From Acidobacteriota bacterium (GTDB lineage Bacteria > Acidobacteriota > Vicinamibacteria > Marinacidobacterales > Marinacidobacteraceae), in assembly GCA_022826825.1 (NCBI GenBank), contig JAJDUD010000008.1, positions 11,643 through 75,642 on the forward strand: a stretch of 64,000 nucleotides of DNA, read 5' to 3'. The notes below the pieces were generated by a model. It was not told the origin of the DNA. It ran no database searches and was given only the letters and a program-made list of their open reading frames with translations. Positions within the stretch are counted from its first letter, which is position 1. The number at the start of each line of letters is the position of its first letter. Shown here one piece after another: positions 37,341 through 47,331 of the stretch. Position numbers and translations under genes: made by a program.

Positions 37341-38660
37341 CTATTCGTTGGAAGAGCGCTTCGCCAGCAGGTACACGACGGCTCCCGCCGCCGCCGTCGC
37401 AAGGCCAAGCATGGACTCTCCGGGCCGCTCCAGCAACGTATAGCCGAGCGTCCAGGCGCTCATCCCCAGGAAGAACAGCGGAACGAACGGGTACAGGGGG
37501 GTCTGGAACCGCCCGGGGACGGCGCCGGGGATCTTCCCGGCGCGGAGGCGGAAGACTCCGGCGACCGCAGCGGCCGTCATCAGGTTGAGGGTGAACCCGG
37601 CGTAGAGCAGGATCTGCTCGAAGGTGCCTGAGTAGAGCAACACCAGCGTGATGCCGAGCTGCAGGAGCAGCGCGCGGTGCGGAACGCCACCCTCGGTGGC
37701 GCGTCCGAGCGGCCTGAGGAAGGGCTCGTCCTCCCCCATGGCGCGGACCACCCGTGGGCCGAGAAAGACCATCGCGCTCACCGTGGAGGCCAGGACCAGA
37801 CCGAGCACCGCGGCCATCACCCGGCCCCCGGTGGCGCCCAGGATCCGCTCGGCCGCCAGGTACCCGATCTCGATCCTTCCGGCGAGGTCCTCCAGCGGGA
37901 CGGCCCGCAGGATGACGAAGTTCACCAGGACGTAGAGGACGGTGACGAGCAGGGTGCCGGCCACCAGCGCGCGGGCGAGCCGCTCGGGACGTCTCAGGTC
38001 CCCGACGATGTACACCGCGGCGTTCCAGCCGGTGTACGCATACGAGACGAACACGAGGGAGACCGCGAACCCCGGGCTCAGCAGCAACCCGAAGTCCCCC
38101 GGTTTCGGGACGAGCGGCGTCGAGACCCCGCCGGCCCAGAACCCCATGCAGCAGAACGCGATGACCAGCAGGATCTTGGCGGCGGTGAGGACGTTGTTGA
38201 CCCCGCTGCTCCACCCGACCGGCAGCGAGTGCACGGCGGTGAACGCGATCACGGTCCCCGCCGCGAAGTGGACCGGCTCGATCCCCGGAAACAGCGGCTG
38301 CAGGTAGGTCGCCATCGCCACCGCCGCGAGCGCGGTGGGCGCGGCGAAACCCATGGTCGCGGAAACGCAGCCGGCGGCGAATCCGGCGGCCGGATGGAAG
38401 CTCCGGCGGAGCAGGTTGTACTCGCCCCCGGAGCGCGGCAGCGCGGCTCCCAGCTCGCCGTAGACGAGCGCCCCCGCGAGGGCGACCAGCCCGCCGACGA
38501 CCCAGAGCAGGAGCGCCGGGAATGCGGAAGGAACCGCCGCGACCTGAAAGCCCAGGCTCGTGAAGACCCCGGTCCCGATCATGTTCGCCACCACGAACAT
38601 GGCGGCGGTCCACAGCGAGAGACCGAGACCCCGATGCGGGCCTCCACTGCCGCTGGTCAC
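37341..38660 (-). CDS. APC-superfamily amino-acid permease
   Basis: 12 TM helices. N-terminal GTGVF and GGEY motifs (ANMIGTGVFTSLG, ALPRSGGEYNLLRR). Confidence 0.75.
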   Translation of the reverse strand: MTSGSGGPHRGLGLSLWTAAMFVVANMIGTGVFTSLGFQVAAVPSAFPALLLWVVGGLVALAGALVYGELGAALPRSGGEYNLLRRSFHPAAGFAAGCVSATMGFAAPTALAAVAMATYLQPLFPGIEPVHFAAGTVIAFTAVHSLPVGWSSGVNNVLTAAKILLVIAFCCMGFWAGGVSTPLVPKPGDFGLLLSPGFAVSLVFVSYAYTGWNAAVYIVGDLRRPERLARALVAGTLLVTVLYVLVNFVILRAVPLEDLAGRIEIGYLAAERILGATGGRVMAAVLGLVLASTVSAMVFLGPRVVRAMGEDEPFLRPLGRATEGGVPHRALLLQLGITLVLLYSGTFEQILLYAGFTLNLMTAAAVAGVFRLRAGKIPGAVPGRFQTPLYPFVPLFFLGMSAWTLGYTLLERPGESMLGLATAAAGAVVYLLAKRSSNE

Positions 38661-38734
38661 TGTCGGGTCGCTCCGTCCGCCTGGGATGAACTACCGATCG
38701 AGCGTCGCCACGACCACTGAATGGACGACGGGAG

Positions 38735-38830
38735 TCTGCCGTGAAAATGCAGCCTCGGCGGTCCGCCGACCGGTGTGATGGCTCACCGGCTGGACTGCAT
38801 TTTCAGAGCAACTGGCCGGCGTTCCTAGCG
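38735..38830. repeat. short palindromic element related to the terminal motif of the composite repeat
   Basis: GTGAAAATGCAG...CTGCATTTTCAGAGCAACTGG: inverted 12-mers flank a GC hairpin. CTGCATTTTCACA(R)CAACTGG also ends the copies at 9.5 and 52.3 kb. Confidence 0.4.
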
Positions 38831-39307
38831 GACCGCGATCATGTCGATCTCGAGGAGCGCGCCGAGCGGGATGTCGGCTACCGCCACCGTGGTGCGCACC
38901 GGCGGGATCGCGTCCTCCGGAAAATAGGACGCGTACACCTCGTTCATCGCCCCGAAGTCGTTCACGTCGGCAAGGAACACTCCGCTTCGGACCACGTTCC
39001 CGAAGCCGAGACCGGCCTCCTCGAGAACCGCCTGGAGGTTCTGCATGACCTGGTGGGTCTGCTCGGCGATGCCGCCCTCGACGAGTCCCCCGCCTTCGTG
39101 GTTGAGCGCGATCTGCCCGGCGAGGAAGACGATGTCCCCGTATTCGATTCCCGCGGAATAGGGACCGACGGGAGGGATGCGGCCGTCGAGGCGCGATTTT
39201 TCGGGCTTCGGGACTTCGACGTCCACGTTCACCGGCCCGGTGCAGGACAGGGCCAGGAGCGACAGCAGGGCGCCGCCGAGAGCGAGACGGGAACAAGAAG
39301 AGCGCAT
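38825..39307 (-). CDS. RidA/YjgF/TdcF-family enamine/imine deaminase with an N-terminal lipoprotein signal
   Basis: Internal ATG gives MRSSCSRLALGGALLSLLALSCTG, a lipobox. The C-terminal ...PVRTTVAVADIPLGALLEIDMIAV fits the RidA fold. Confidence 0.6.
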   Translation of the reverse strand: MRSSCSRLALGGALLSLLALSCTGPVNVDVEVPKPEKSRLDGRIPPVGPYSAGIEYGDIVFLAGQIALNHEGGGLVEGGIAEQTHQVMQNLQAVLEEAGLGFGNVVRSGVFLADVNDFGAMNEVYASYFPEDAIPPVRTTVAVADIPLGALLEIDMIAVR

Positions 39308-39359
39308 GGACAGATCCTCCGGGGATGGCGCCGGATAGTACCGGGGCATCTCGCTTACG

Positions 39360-39890
39360 ATGCCGCGCATGTGGGAGACGCCCCAACCCGGCGAGTGCGC
39401 CGACTACTACCACGGCTATATCCGCCAGGTCCCGGCCGGCGAAGATCTCCCGCAGGCGGCGCTCCAGGAAATGGAGACTCTCCGCTCCCTCCTGGCCGGC
39501 GTTCCCGAAGAGGCGTCGGCGCGGGGATACGCGCCCGGGAAGTGGTCCATCCGCGAGGTCGTGGGCCACGTAGCCGACGTGGAGCGCATCATGTCGGTGC
39601 GGGCGCTCCGCTTCGCCCGGGGCGACGAGTCGGCGCTACCGGGCATGGAACAGGATCCCTACGTGGCCGCGTCCGGCCACGGGGAACGCTCGCTCGAATC
39701 CCTGCTCGACGAGCTGGAGACGATCCGCCACGCCACCGTGAGCCTCATGCGGTCGTTCGACGAGACCGCGCTCGACCGGAGCGGGGAGGCAAGCGGCGCC
39801 CGCGCCACCGTGCGCGCGGTCTGCTATCTCACGGTGGGACACGCCATCCACCACCGGCGCGTCCTGGAAGAGCGGTACCTGGCGGCCTGA
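39360..39890 (+). CDS. DinB/YfiT-like (DinB_2) metal-dependent four-helix-bundle protein
   Basis: HxxxH...H arrangement (VVGHVADVERIMS ... TVGHAIHHRRVLEE) typical of the DinB_2 superfamily. Confidence 0.5.
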   Translation: MPRMWETPQPGECADYYHGYIRQVPAGEDLPQAALQEMETLRSLLAGVPEEASARGYAPGKWSIREVVGHVADVERIMSVRALRFARGDESALPGMEQDPYVAASGHGERSLESLLDELETIRHATVSLMRSFDETALDRSGEASGARATVRAVCYLTVGHAIHHRRVLEERYLAA

Positions 39891-39892
39891 CG

Positions 39893-40579
39893 ATGCCGCC
39901 GGGCCTGTTCGCGGCGCTGGTCGTCGCGGCCCTGACGCTCCTCGGCATCGGGGCGCGCTACCACGTTCACGGAGACCTGCACGCACTTCATTCCCTCCTC
40001 AGCCTCTTCCTCTCGATCAACCTGCTGATCTGCTACTGGGAGATCTGTCTCTTCCTCCGGCGGGACCTCGTCGAGACGCGCACCGCGTACTGGCGCGAGT
40101 GGCGGGAGCGGACGGGCCGGACCCCGGCCGTCCAGTTCCTCCGGACGAAGGTCCCGCTGGCCCGGATGCTGTCGCCGGCGGTATGGGCAGATGTCTGGGC
40201 GGCCTACTCCCAGTACGACAGTTCCTACGCGGACCGCCGCACGTTCGGATTCAACGTGGACATCGTCAACGGGTTTCTCACTCCGGTCCCCACGCTGATC
40301 GTGTACGCGGCCATCACGTTCCACTTCCTCCCCGCCCTCCTGACGGGCATCGTCGGAGTCATCCTGTTCTGGCAGGTGATGTACGGGGCATCGGTCTACC
40401 TGATCAGCTTCTTCGTGGCCGGACGGCAGACGCGGATCAGCCGGCGGGAGCTGTACACCTGGATCGTGGCGCCCAACTCTCCCTGGATGGCAGGCGGACT
40501 GCTCGGGGTGTACGTCTCGATCCGCCTGATCACGGACGGCGACTACGGCGTGCTGGGCTGCTCGCCGCCTCCGCCCTGA
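39893..40579 (+). CDS. integral membrane protein of unknown function
   Basis: ATG 3 nt after the previous stop. 4-5 TM helices, with aromatic-rich loops (YSQYDSSYADRRTFGFNVD). The longer upstream track ORF 38741-40579 is an artefact. Confidence 0.45.
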   Translation: MPPGLFAALVVAALTLLGIGARYHVHGDLHALHSLLSLFLSINLLICYWEICLFLRRDLVETRTAYWREWRERTGRTPAVQFLRTKVPLARMLSPAVWADVWAAYSQYDSSYADRRTFGFNVDIVNGFLTPVPTLIVYAAITFHFLPALLTGIVGVILFWQVMYGASVYLISFFVAGRQTRISRRELYTWIVAPNSPWMAGGLLGVYVSIRLITDGDYGVLGCSPPPP

Positions 40580-41817
40580 TCGGCGGCGCGGGAGTGTCTT
40601 TCCGGGGTCGGATGGCCACGGGCCGCCAGCGCGGCCACCAGCGAGACGGCGCCCATCCCCACACCCGCCAAGGCGACCGCCTGAAATCCGAACTGCGTCA
40701 TCAGGACCCCCGACGCCACGCAGGCGACACCCGCCCCCAGCCAGTTCAGCGAATCGGCGAGCCCCTGCCGGCGTACCTTGGCCGGTGAGTCCGGCCCTTC
40801 GGAAATCAGCGCGCTGGCCGCCACGAAAGCGAGGGACCAGCCGAGACCCACGAGGTAGAGGGCGATCCCCAACTCCAGACCGCGGCCGGGACCGAACGCG
40901 GCCAGCAGGCCCGCCGCCAGCAGCGTCGCGCCGCCGAGCCCGATGATCGGACGCTCCCCGAAGCGGTCGCAGAGAAGGCCGACGACCGGAGACAGGGCAA
41001 ACATGCCCAGATTGTGGGCGCCCATCATGGCTCCGAGCCCGGCCAGGGAACCTCCGCTCCCCATCATCTGGAGCGGTGCCATCGTCATGAGGATCATCAT
41101 CGAGGCCTGCGCCGCGACCAGCGCGACGATGGCGAGCCCGAACGTCCGTCCGAGCGATTCCGCGGCGGCCGGCTGAGCGGCGGGGGCAACCCCCGGTTCG
41201 ACCGGGCGAACCCCAAGCGAAGGCCGCGCCCGGAGTGACCGGCTCCTGAGGAACAGGATCCCGCCGGCGCCGTAGAAGACCGCCGCGCACAGATACGCGA
41301 GCGAAAACGCATCCCCTTCGCCGGCCCCGACGATGCGCTCGATCCATCCGAAGATGAGCGGCGCGATGAAGGCGCCGGCCACCGCCACCCAGACCACCAG
41401 CCCGATCGCCCGCCCGCTCTTGCTGGCCGGGACCAGGAGCGCCGCCGTATAGCGGGTAAGGTGATAGGCGGCGTAGCCGCAGCCGAGCATCAGGCTCGCA
41501 CCGAGGTGGACGGCGAAGCCCGCTTCCCACCACGCCGAGAGCGCGAGGCCCACCGCGGCGCAGGCGGCGAAACTGAGGCCGAGCCCCAGGGAGAACGGCC
41601 GGCCGCGCCTCGAGAAGAGCCAGGTGAGGATGGGGGTGCCGGCCGCCACCCCCAGAATCAGGGCGGCGTTCGGGAGGCCGATCCAGGCGGAGTCCGGAAG
41701 GTATCTCCGGGAAAGGAGCGGTGTGATCGACAGCACCAGCAGATAAGCCGTCGACGCGAACATCGCCCCCGTGAGCAGGACGCCGAAGGCCCGCGCCGGA
41801 CGCTTCCTCGCGGCCAC
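40543..41817 (-). CDS. MFS transporter
   Basis: 12 predicted TM segments in two 6-TM halves. Loop motif GLLCDRFGERP. Confidence 0.7.
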   Translation of the reverse strand: MAARKRPARAFGVLLTGAMFASTAYLLVLSITPLLSRRYLPDSAWIGLPNAALILGVAAGTPILTWLFSRRGRPFSLGLGLSFAACAAVGLALSAWWEAGFAVHLGASLMLGCGYAAYHLTRYTAALLVPASKSGRAIGLVVWVAVAGAFIAPLIFGWIERIVGAGEGDAFSLAYLCAAVFYGAGGILFLRSRSLRARPSLGVRPVEPGVAPAAQPAAAESLGRTFGLAIVALVAAQASMMILMTMAPLQMMGSGGSLAGLGAMMGAHNLGMFALSPVVGLLCDRFGERPIIGLGGATLLAAGLLAAFGPGRGLELGIALYLVGLGWSLAFVAASALISEGPDSPAKVRRQGLADSLNWLGAGVACVASGVLMTQFGFQAVALAGVGMGAVSLVAALAARGHPTPERHSRAADQGGGGEQPSTP

Positions 41818-41823
41818 GGATGG

Positions 41824-42960
41824 CTATCCAGGGGGATCCAGGAGGCGCGCATGCAGGTCCGTCAGGGCCCTTTGGACCTCGGGCGCCAGGCTCCGCCCGG
41901 TGGCGAGCGCCGCGCGGTCCGGATCCGACAGGCCGAGTTCCGCGGCCCAGGCCTGCAGCTCCTCGACCGCGTCGTCCTCCGGGCCGACGCCCCAGGCTCC
42001 CGGCACGAGGCGCAGTTCGTGAAGCCCGGCCATGCCGGCCGCCTGGATGCGGTCCCGGTAGGAGAGCACTTCCGGCAACACGAAATCGTCCAGGGTCCCG
42101 ACGACCTCGATGACCGGGCGCTCCAGGGCGACCGGCGGCGCCGGCAGCACCGGACTCGGCGCCGCGGCCACGGCGTCATGGAAGGGCCAGAACCGGCTGC
42201 CCTCGAGGCCGATCCCGGCAGCCGCGGCGTAGGCGGCGAGACCGGCGTCGGACGTTTCCCGATCCGCGGCGAGGGCGAGGCGGGCGCTGCGCCGGCGGGA
42301 CGCTCCCTCCGGATCACCCAGCGTCGCGGCCACCAGCACCACCCCCGCGAAGGTCTCGTCCGGCGCCGCGGCCCCGTAGCGCGCCAGTCCGCCCCCTTCC
42401 CCGTAGCCGAGAAGGATCGTGCGGTCGGGGTCCATCGCGAGGCGCGGCCGGATCTGGTCGAACATCAGGCGGGCGAACGCCTCGGTGAGCCGGTAGCCGT
42501 CGGGGCCCGCTCCGACCCCGGCCCGGTCGAAACTCGCCCAGGCGAACCCCCGGTCGAGGGCCCACCAGCCGATCAGGTCGTCGAGCTCGGTCTCGCCGCT
42601 CCCGAGGTCGGCGCCCTCGAGCCCGCGCCGGATCCCTCCGAGGCCGCGATGAGCCCCGATGACCAGGGTGCCGTTCCAATCCGGCGGCCGCAGCGGATGC
42701 CGTAGCACGAAGCGGCGCGGCGGCTCACCGGGCGGCAGTCCCCGCCCCGGCGGCACGGACGCCAGAAAACCCTGCGTGACGAGCGCGTCGCCGTAAACGC
42801 GTCCCGGAAGGAGCGTCTCGCGCCCTCCGTGGATGTAGAGGTAGAGGCGGGCGTCGCAGGAGAGGCTGAAGAAGCCCCCCAGCAGAACCGCGAGCGGCAA
42901 GGAAGAGCGGCGGAGTACAGAAAAGAGCCCCGGGGTCCCTCGGAAGGCGCTGGGCCTCAT
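41824..42960 (-). CDS. secreted hypothetical protein, weakly alpha/beta-hydrolase-like
   Basis: Signal peptide. No clear GxSxG nucleophile (only GYGEGGG). Function unassigned. Confidence 0.35.
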   Translation of the reverse strand: MRPSAFRGTPGLFSVLRRSSLPLAVLLGGFFSLSCDARLYLYIHGGRETLLPGRVYGDALVTQGFLASVPPGRGLPPGEPPRRFVLRHPLRPPDWNGTLVIGAHRGLGGIRRGLEGADLGSGETELDDLIGWWALDRGFAWASFDRAGVGAGPDGYRLTEAFARLMFDQIRPRLAMDPDRTILLGYGEGGGLARYGAAAPDETFAGVVLVAATLGDPEGASRRRSARLALAADRETSDAGLAAYAAAAGIGLEGSRFWPFHDAVAAAPSPVLPAPPVALERPVIEVVGTLDDFVLPEVLSYRDRIQAAGMAGLHELRLVPGAWGVGPEDDAVEELQAWAAELGLSDPDRAALATGRSLAPEVQRALTDLHARLLDPPG

Positions 42961-43281
42961 CGCAGTGCGGAGCGGCGGGGGCGGGCGCTGTCTGCGCTCC
43001 TGCCCCTGACCGTCGGCCCCGCTTCTGCCGTCGTCAGTGGTCAGGACCCCGGGAACTCGTCCCGTGAGTGCCGGGCCCCGGTGCGGCTCGGGAAGTCCTC
43101 TTCAGACCCTCCCGGAACCCCGGTTGGGGCCCGGAGCGCAAAGTCGTCCGGCGGTGCGGTCATTTCCGACCCCCTTTCCGAGACTGGGTCATTGCCGTTC
43201 TCTGATTCGCGTTTGTACCGCCGCCCGGACAGCCATGTCAACCCCACCGGAGCCCCGTCCGCGCCGCCCGGAACGGACGAT

Positions 43282-45111
43282 CTACCGCGAAGGGAGCTCG
43301 CCGTGCACGACCTCCCCCTCCACCATGGTGGCCACGATGCGCTCGCGCATGGAGAAGAGGAGTTCGGGGTCGTCCTCGAGCGCATCGAGCCCCGCGAGGT
43401 CGAGCACCACCAGATCCGCCAGCCGGCCCGGTTCCAGGCTCCCGCGGTCCTGCTCGTCGTGGGTCAGAAAGGCGCCGTTCCAGGTGTAGGAGCGGAGCGC
43501 TTCCGCGATGGTCACCGTCTCGTCCTCACCGTGCGCCACGCCCGACTTCTGGTCCTTCCGGGTCAGCAGCGCGTAAAACCCCATCCAGGGGTTGTGGGTG
43601 GTCACCCCGTAGTCGGAGCCGGAGGCCATGATGACGCCGCCCCGCATGTAGCTGCGGAAGGGCTGGAGGCGGGCCATCCGTTCCGGGCCCGAGTTGGCGG
43701 CGAAGGAGAACCCCTGCTGCCAGTTGAAGACCGGGTTGGTGGCGGCGACGATGCCGTAGCGGGCCATGTCGTCGAGGACCCGCGTCTTCGGTTCGATGGG
43801 GAAGTAGGCGTGGATCACGCTCCACCGGAGGTCGGGGAGTTCGCCGCTCTCTTCCTTCATCTCGTCGAGCAGCTTCATGTAGAGATCGACGGTCTGCCGC
43901 ATCGACATGTCCCCGCAACTGTGCGTGTGGAGGTCCCAGCCGTGGCTGCGGATGGCGCGGTACTGCGCCTCCCGCTCGGGGTAGCTCTCGACGACCGGAT
44001 TCCCCAGGTTGCGCTCCCCTTCGAGTTCGTCCCACATGTGGAAGGGTTCGGACATCCAGGCGCTCCGGGTTCCCACGCCCCCGTCGCCGTACACCTTGAC
44101 GCCGCGCCAGCGGAGGAAGCGGTCCCCCAGGTTGTTGACCTTGATCCCGTCGAGATGGGTGGAGATCGCCTCGGGGGCATGGGTGTTGAAGGTCCCCTCG
44201 TACACGGCGGCGATGCGCAGCCGCAGATAGCCGCGGTTGAAGGCCTCCTGGTAGACCCGCATGTTGTGGCCCATCCGGGACGAGGGGTCCACGATGGAGG
44301 TCACGCCGAGCGCGAGCAGTTCCGCGACCCCCAGCCGGACGCTCTCGACGTCGTCCTCGAAGTCGTCCGGCGGCGGCCGCTCCGTCACCAGGCGTGAAGC
44401 CCGCGACCCGAGAAAGACTCCCGTCGGAACCTCCCGGGTGACGGTCTCGCCATCCACCGTGAGCTCGCGCGATTCGCGCAGGATCTGGTCCTCGAAGGTG
44501 AAGTCCGCGGGATCCTCGAGCCACCACGAGGGCCAGGTGGACGAATCGCCGTCCTCGATCCCCATCCGCCCGAACACCTCGGTGTTCACCGCTACCCCCC
44601 GATAGACGCGGTAGAGCGCCACCGGGTTGTCGGGCGCGGCCTCGTCGAGCATCCAGCGGGTGACCATCCGCGGGTACTTGAACTGGTCCCAGCGGCGGCC
44701 CACCACCCAGTCGCCGGGCGGGATGCGGCTCTCGGCGATCCGGTCGCGCACCCCGGCCGCGATGTCTTCGGCCGACTCGGCGTAGCTGAGTTCCACGCCG
44801 CTGGTGATGTCCCGGCCCAGCGAAAGGAAGTGGATGTGCGAGTCCTGGATGCCGGGGATCACCGTCTTCCCGGAGAGGTCCACGGTCCGGGTGTGGGGAC
44901 CGGCAAGGGCGGCGACGTCGGCGGCCGACCCCACCGCCACGATGCGGCCGTCCTTGACGGCGAGGGCCTCGGCGAGCGAGTCCCCGGCGTCCACGGTCCG
45001 CACCTCGGCGCCGGTGAGCACCAGGTCGGGTTCGGGGTACCACTGGGCCGCGGCGATCCCCGGGAGCACCAGGAACAGGCAAGCGATGGGAAGGGCATGG
45101 GACCTGCGCAT
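43282..45111 (-). CDS. secreted Amidohydro_3-family metal-dependent amidohydrolase
   Basis: Signal peptide MRRSHALPIACLFLVLPGIAAA. Metal-binding GIQDSHIHF. 609 aa. Confidence 0.75.
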   Translation of the reverse strand: MRRSHALPIACLFLVLPGIAAAQWYPEPDLVLTGAEVRTVDAGDSLAEALAVKDGRIVAVGSAADVAALAGPHTRTVDLSGKTVIPGIQDSHIHFLSLGRDITSGVELSYAESAEDIAAGVRDRIAESRIPPGDWVVGRRWDQFKYPRMVTRWMLDEAAPDNPVALYRVYRGVAVNTEVFGRMGIEDGDSSTWPSWWLEDPADFTFEDQILRESRELTVDGETVTREVPTGVFLGSRASRLVTERPPPDDFEDDVESVRLGVAELLALGVTSIVDPSSRMGHNMRVYQEAFNRGYLRLRIAAVYEGTFNTHAPEAISTHLDGIKVNNLGDRFLRWRGVKVYGDGGVGTRSAWMSEPFHMWDELEGERNLGNPVVESYPEREAQYRAIRSHGWDLHTHSCGDMSMRQTVDLYMKLLDEMKEESGELPDLRWSVIHAYFPIEPKTRVLDDMARYGIVAATNPVFNWQQGFSFAANSGPERMARLQPFRSYMRGGVIMASGSDYGVTTHNPWMGFYALLTRKDQKSGVAHGEDETVTIAEALRSYTWNGAFLTHDEQDRGSLEPGRLADLVVLDLAGLDALEDDPELLFSMRERIVATMVEGEVVHGELPSR

Positions 45112-45171
45112 AGGGCTGGACTCTAACGGCGGAAAGGCTCGCTACGCTTCCCTCCCCCCCGGAGGAAACCC

Positions 45172-46902
45172 ATGCGCTTCTCGTCTCTTCTCGCGCTTTC
45201 CGCCTCGCTTCTCCTTCCGTTCGGCTGCGGCCCGCAGGCGCCGGACATCGGCGGGCCCGCCGACCTGGTGCTGCTCGGCGGCCGGGTGGTGACGGTGGAT
45301 CCCGGCCAACCGGAGGCAGAGGCCGTGGCGGTGCGGAACGGAAAGATCGCCGCGCTGGGCACCACCGCCGAGATCGAGGCGACCGCCGGCCCGGACACCG
45401 AGGTCATCCAGCTTGACGGCCGCCTCGCGATCCCCGGGTTCATCGAGGGTCACGGCCACTTCATGGGCGTCGGGAACGCCCAGATGATCCTGAGGCTGGG
45501 GGAAGCGGCGAACTGGAACCGGATCGTGGACATGGTGGCCGAGGCGGTCGCGGAGGCCCCGCCGGGCGGCTGGATCGAAGGGCGTGGCTGGCACCAGGAA
45601 AAGTGGGACGAAATCCCGGGAGGCGCGGTCGAGGACCTGCCGCACCACCTGGGCCTCTCGGAGATCTCCCCGGAGAACCCGGTTCTGCTTCGGCACGCGA
45701 GCGGCCACGCCGCCTTCGCGAACGCCCTGGCGATGGAACTGGCCGGCATCGACCGGAATACGCCCGATCCGCCGGGAGGCACCATCGTGCGCGACGCCGG
45801 CGGCAACGCCACCGGCGCGCTGCGGGAGACGGCCCAGCGCCTCGTCGCCAGGGCCCGCGACCGGGCGATGGCGGAGCGGAGCGAAGAAGAGATCCGGGCC
45901 GAGCTGGAGCTGCAGCTCGAGTTGGCCGCGGAGGAGTCGCTGCGAAAGGGTGTGACGTCCTTCCAGGACGCCGGCTCTTCCTTCGAAATGATCGACTTCT
46001 TCCGCGAGATGGCGGAGGAGGGACGGCTTCCGGTCCGCCTCTACGTGATGGTCCGCGGACAGTCCAACGAGGAGATGGACGCCCGGCTCGCGGACTACCT
46101 GATGACGGACCACGCGGACGGGTTCCTCACCGTGCGCTCCATCAAGCGGGTGGTGGACGGGGCGCTCGGGGCGCACGGCGCCTGGCTCCTCGAGCCCTAC
46201 GACGACATGCCGTCGAGCGTCGGGCTGGTCATCGACGAGGTCGCCGACATCGAGGAGACCGCCCGGATCGCGATCGGGCACGGCTTCCAGGTCGCCACCC
46301 ACGCCATCGGCGACCGGGGCAACCGGGAGATCCTCGACGCCTACGAACGGGCCTTCGGAGAGGCCGGAGTGAACGGTGCGGACCTGCGCTTCCGCATCGA
46401 ACACTCGCAGCACATCCACCCGGACGACATTCCACGGTTCGGTGAACTGGGGGTGATCGCCTCGATGCAGGCCGTGCACGCCACCTCGGACGGCCCCTGG
46501 GTGCCGGAGAAGCTCGGCGACGAACGGGCGCGGACCGGGGCCTACGTGTGGCGGTCGCTCCTCGATGCCGGGGCTGTCGTGACCAACGGGACCGACGCCC
46601 CGGTGGAGGATCTCGATCCCATCCCTAGCTACTTCGCCACGGTGACCCGCGAACTGGCGGACGGGACCCGGTTCTACCCCGAAGAAGCCCTCACCCGCGA
46701 GGAAGCGCTCCATTCCTACACGATGGCGAACGCCTGGGCGGCCTTCGAAGAGGACGTGAAGGGAAGCCTGACGCCGGGCAAGTACGCCGACATCGTCGTG
46801 CTCACGAAGGACATCCTCACGGTGCCGGACGAGGAAGTCCGGGACGCGAGGGTGGCGATCACGATCGTCGGGGGCGAGGTCGCCTACCGGGCCGGCGAGT
46901 GA
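45172..46902 (+). CDS. lipoprotein Amidohydro_3-family metal-dependent amidohydrolase, a paralogue divergent from the 43282-45111 gene
   Basis: LLLPFGCG lipobox. GFIEGHGHF metal site and HAIGDRGN in the C-terminal region. Confidence 0.75.
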   Translation: MRFSSLLALSASLLLPFGCGPQAPDIGGPADLVLLGGRVVTVDPGQPEAEAVAVRNGKIAALGTTAEIEATAGPDTEVIQLDGRLAIPGFIEGHGHFMGVGNAQMILRLGEAANWNRIVDMVAEAVAEAPPGGWIEGRGWHQEKWDEIPGGAVEDLPHHLGLSEISPENPVLLRHASGHAAFANALAMELAGIDRNTPDPPGGTIVRDAGGNATGALRETAQRLVARARDRAMAERSEEEIRAELELQLELAAEESLRKGVTSFQDAGSSFEMIDFFREMAEEGRLPVRLYVMVRGQSNEEMDARLADYLMTDHADGFLTVRSIKRVVDGALGAHGAWLLEPYDDMPSSVGLVIDEVADIEETARIAIGHGFQVATHAIGDRGNREILDAYERAFGEAGVNGADLRFRIEHSQHIHPDDIPRFGELGVIASMQAVHATSDGPWVPEKLGDERARTGAYVWRSLLDAGAVVTNGTDAPVEDLDPIPSYFATVTRELADGTRFYPEEALTREEALHSYTMANAWAAFEEDVKGSLTPGKYADIVVLTKDILTVPDEEVRDARVAITIVGGEVAYRAGE

Positions 46903-47318
46903 CGGGTTCGGGGTCAACCCTCGTCGGCGTCTACGGAACGCTGAAGCGCGGCCACGCGAACCACCGGGCGTTCCTCGCCGGCTTCCCCCTCGTCCGCGCC
47001 GGCGCGGTCCGGATCCCCTTCCGGCTCTTCGGCAACGAGGAGTACCCGATGCTGGTCCCCGCCCGGGACGTGAACCCGGTCGTCATCGAGACCTACCGGG
47101 TTGACGCGGCGACGGTCTCGCAACTCGACGCCTTCGAGGGGCAGTTCGGCTACCGGCGGGTGGAAGTCGTCCCGGAGGACGAGACCGAGCCGGTCGCGCT
47201 CTACGTCCACCCGGGGCCGCCGCCGCCCGGTTTCGTCCCCGCCCCCGGCGGCGAATGGAACGGGGAACCGGCGGCCTTCGCGGGCGCCCTGGCCCGGGTT
47301 CGCGCCCGACGGGGGTAG
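46899..47318 (+). CDS. gamma-glutamyl cyclotransferase-like (AIG2/GGCT fold) protein
   Basis: VYGTLKRG motif and the catalytic Glu context (FGNEEYPML). GTG start overlaps the upstream stop. Confidence 0.6.
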   Translation: MTGSGSTLVGVYGTLKRGHANHRAFLAGFPLVRAGAVRIPFRLFGNEEYPMLVPARDVNPVVIETYRVDAATVSQLDAFEGQFGYRRVEVVPEDETEPVALYVHPGPPPPGFVPAPGGEWNGEPAAFAGALARVRARRG

Positions 47319-47331
47319 CATCCGCCGCCCT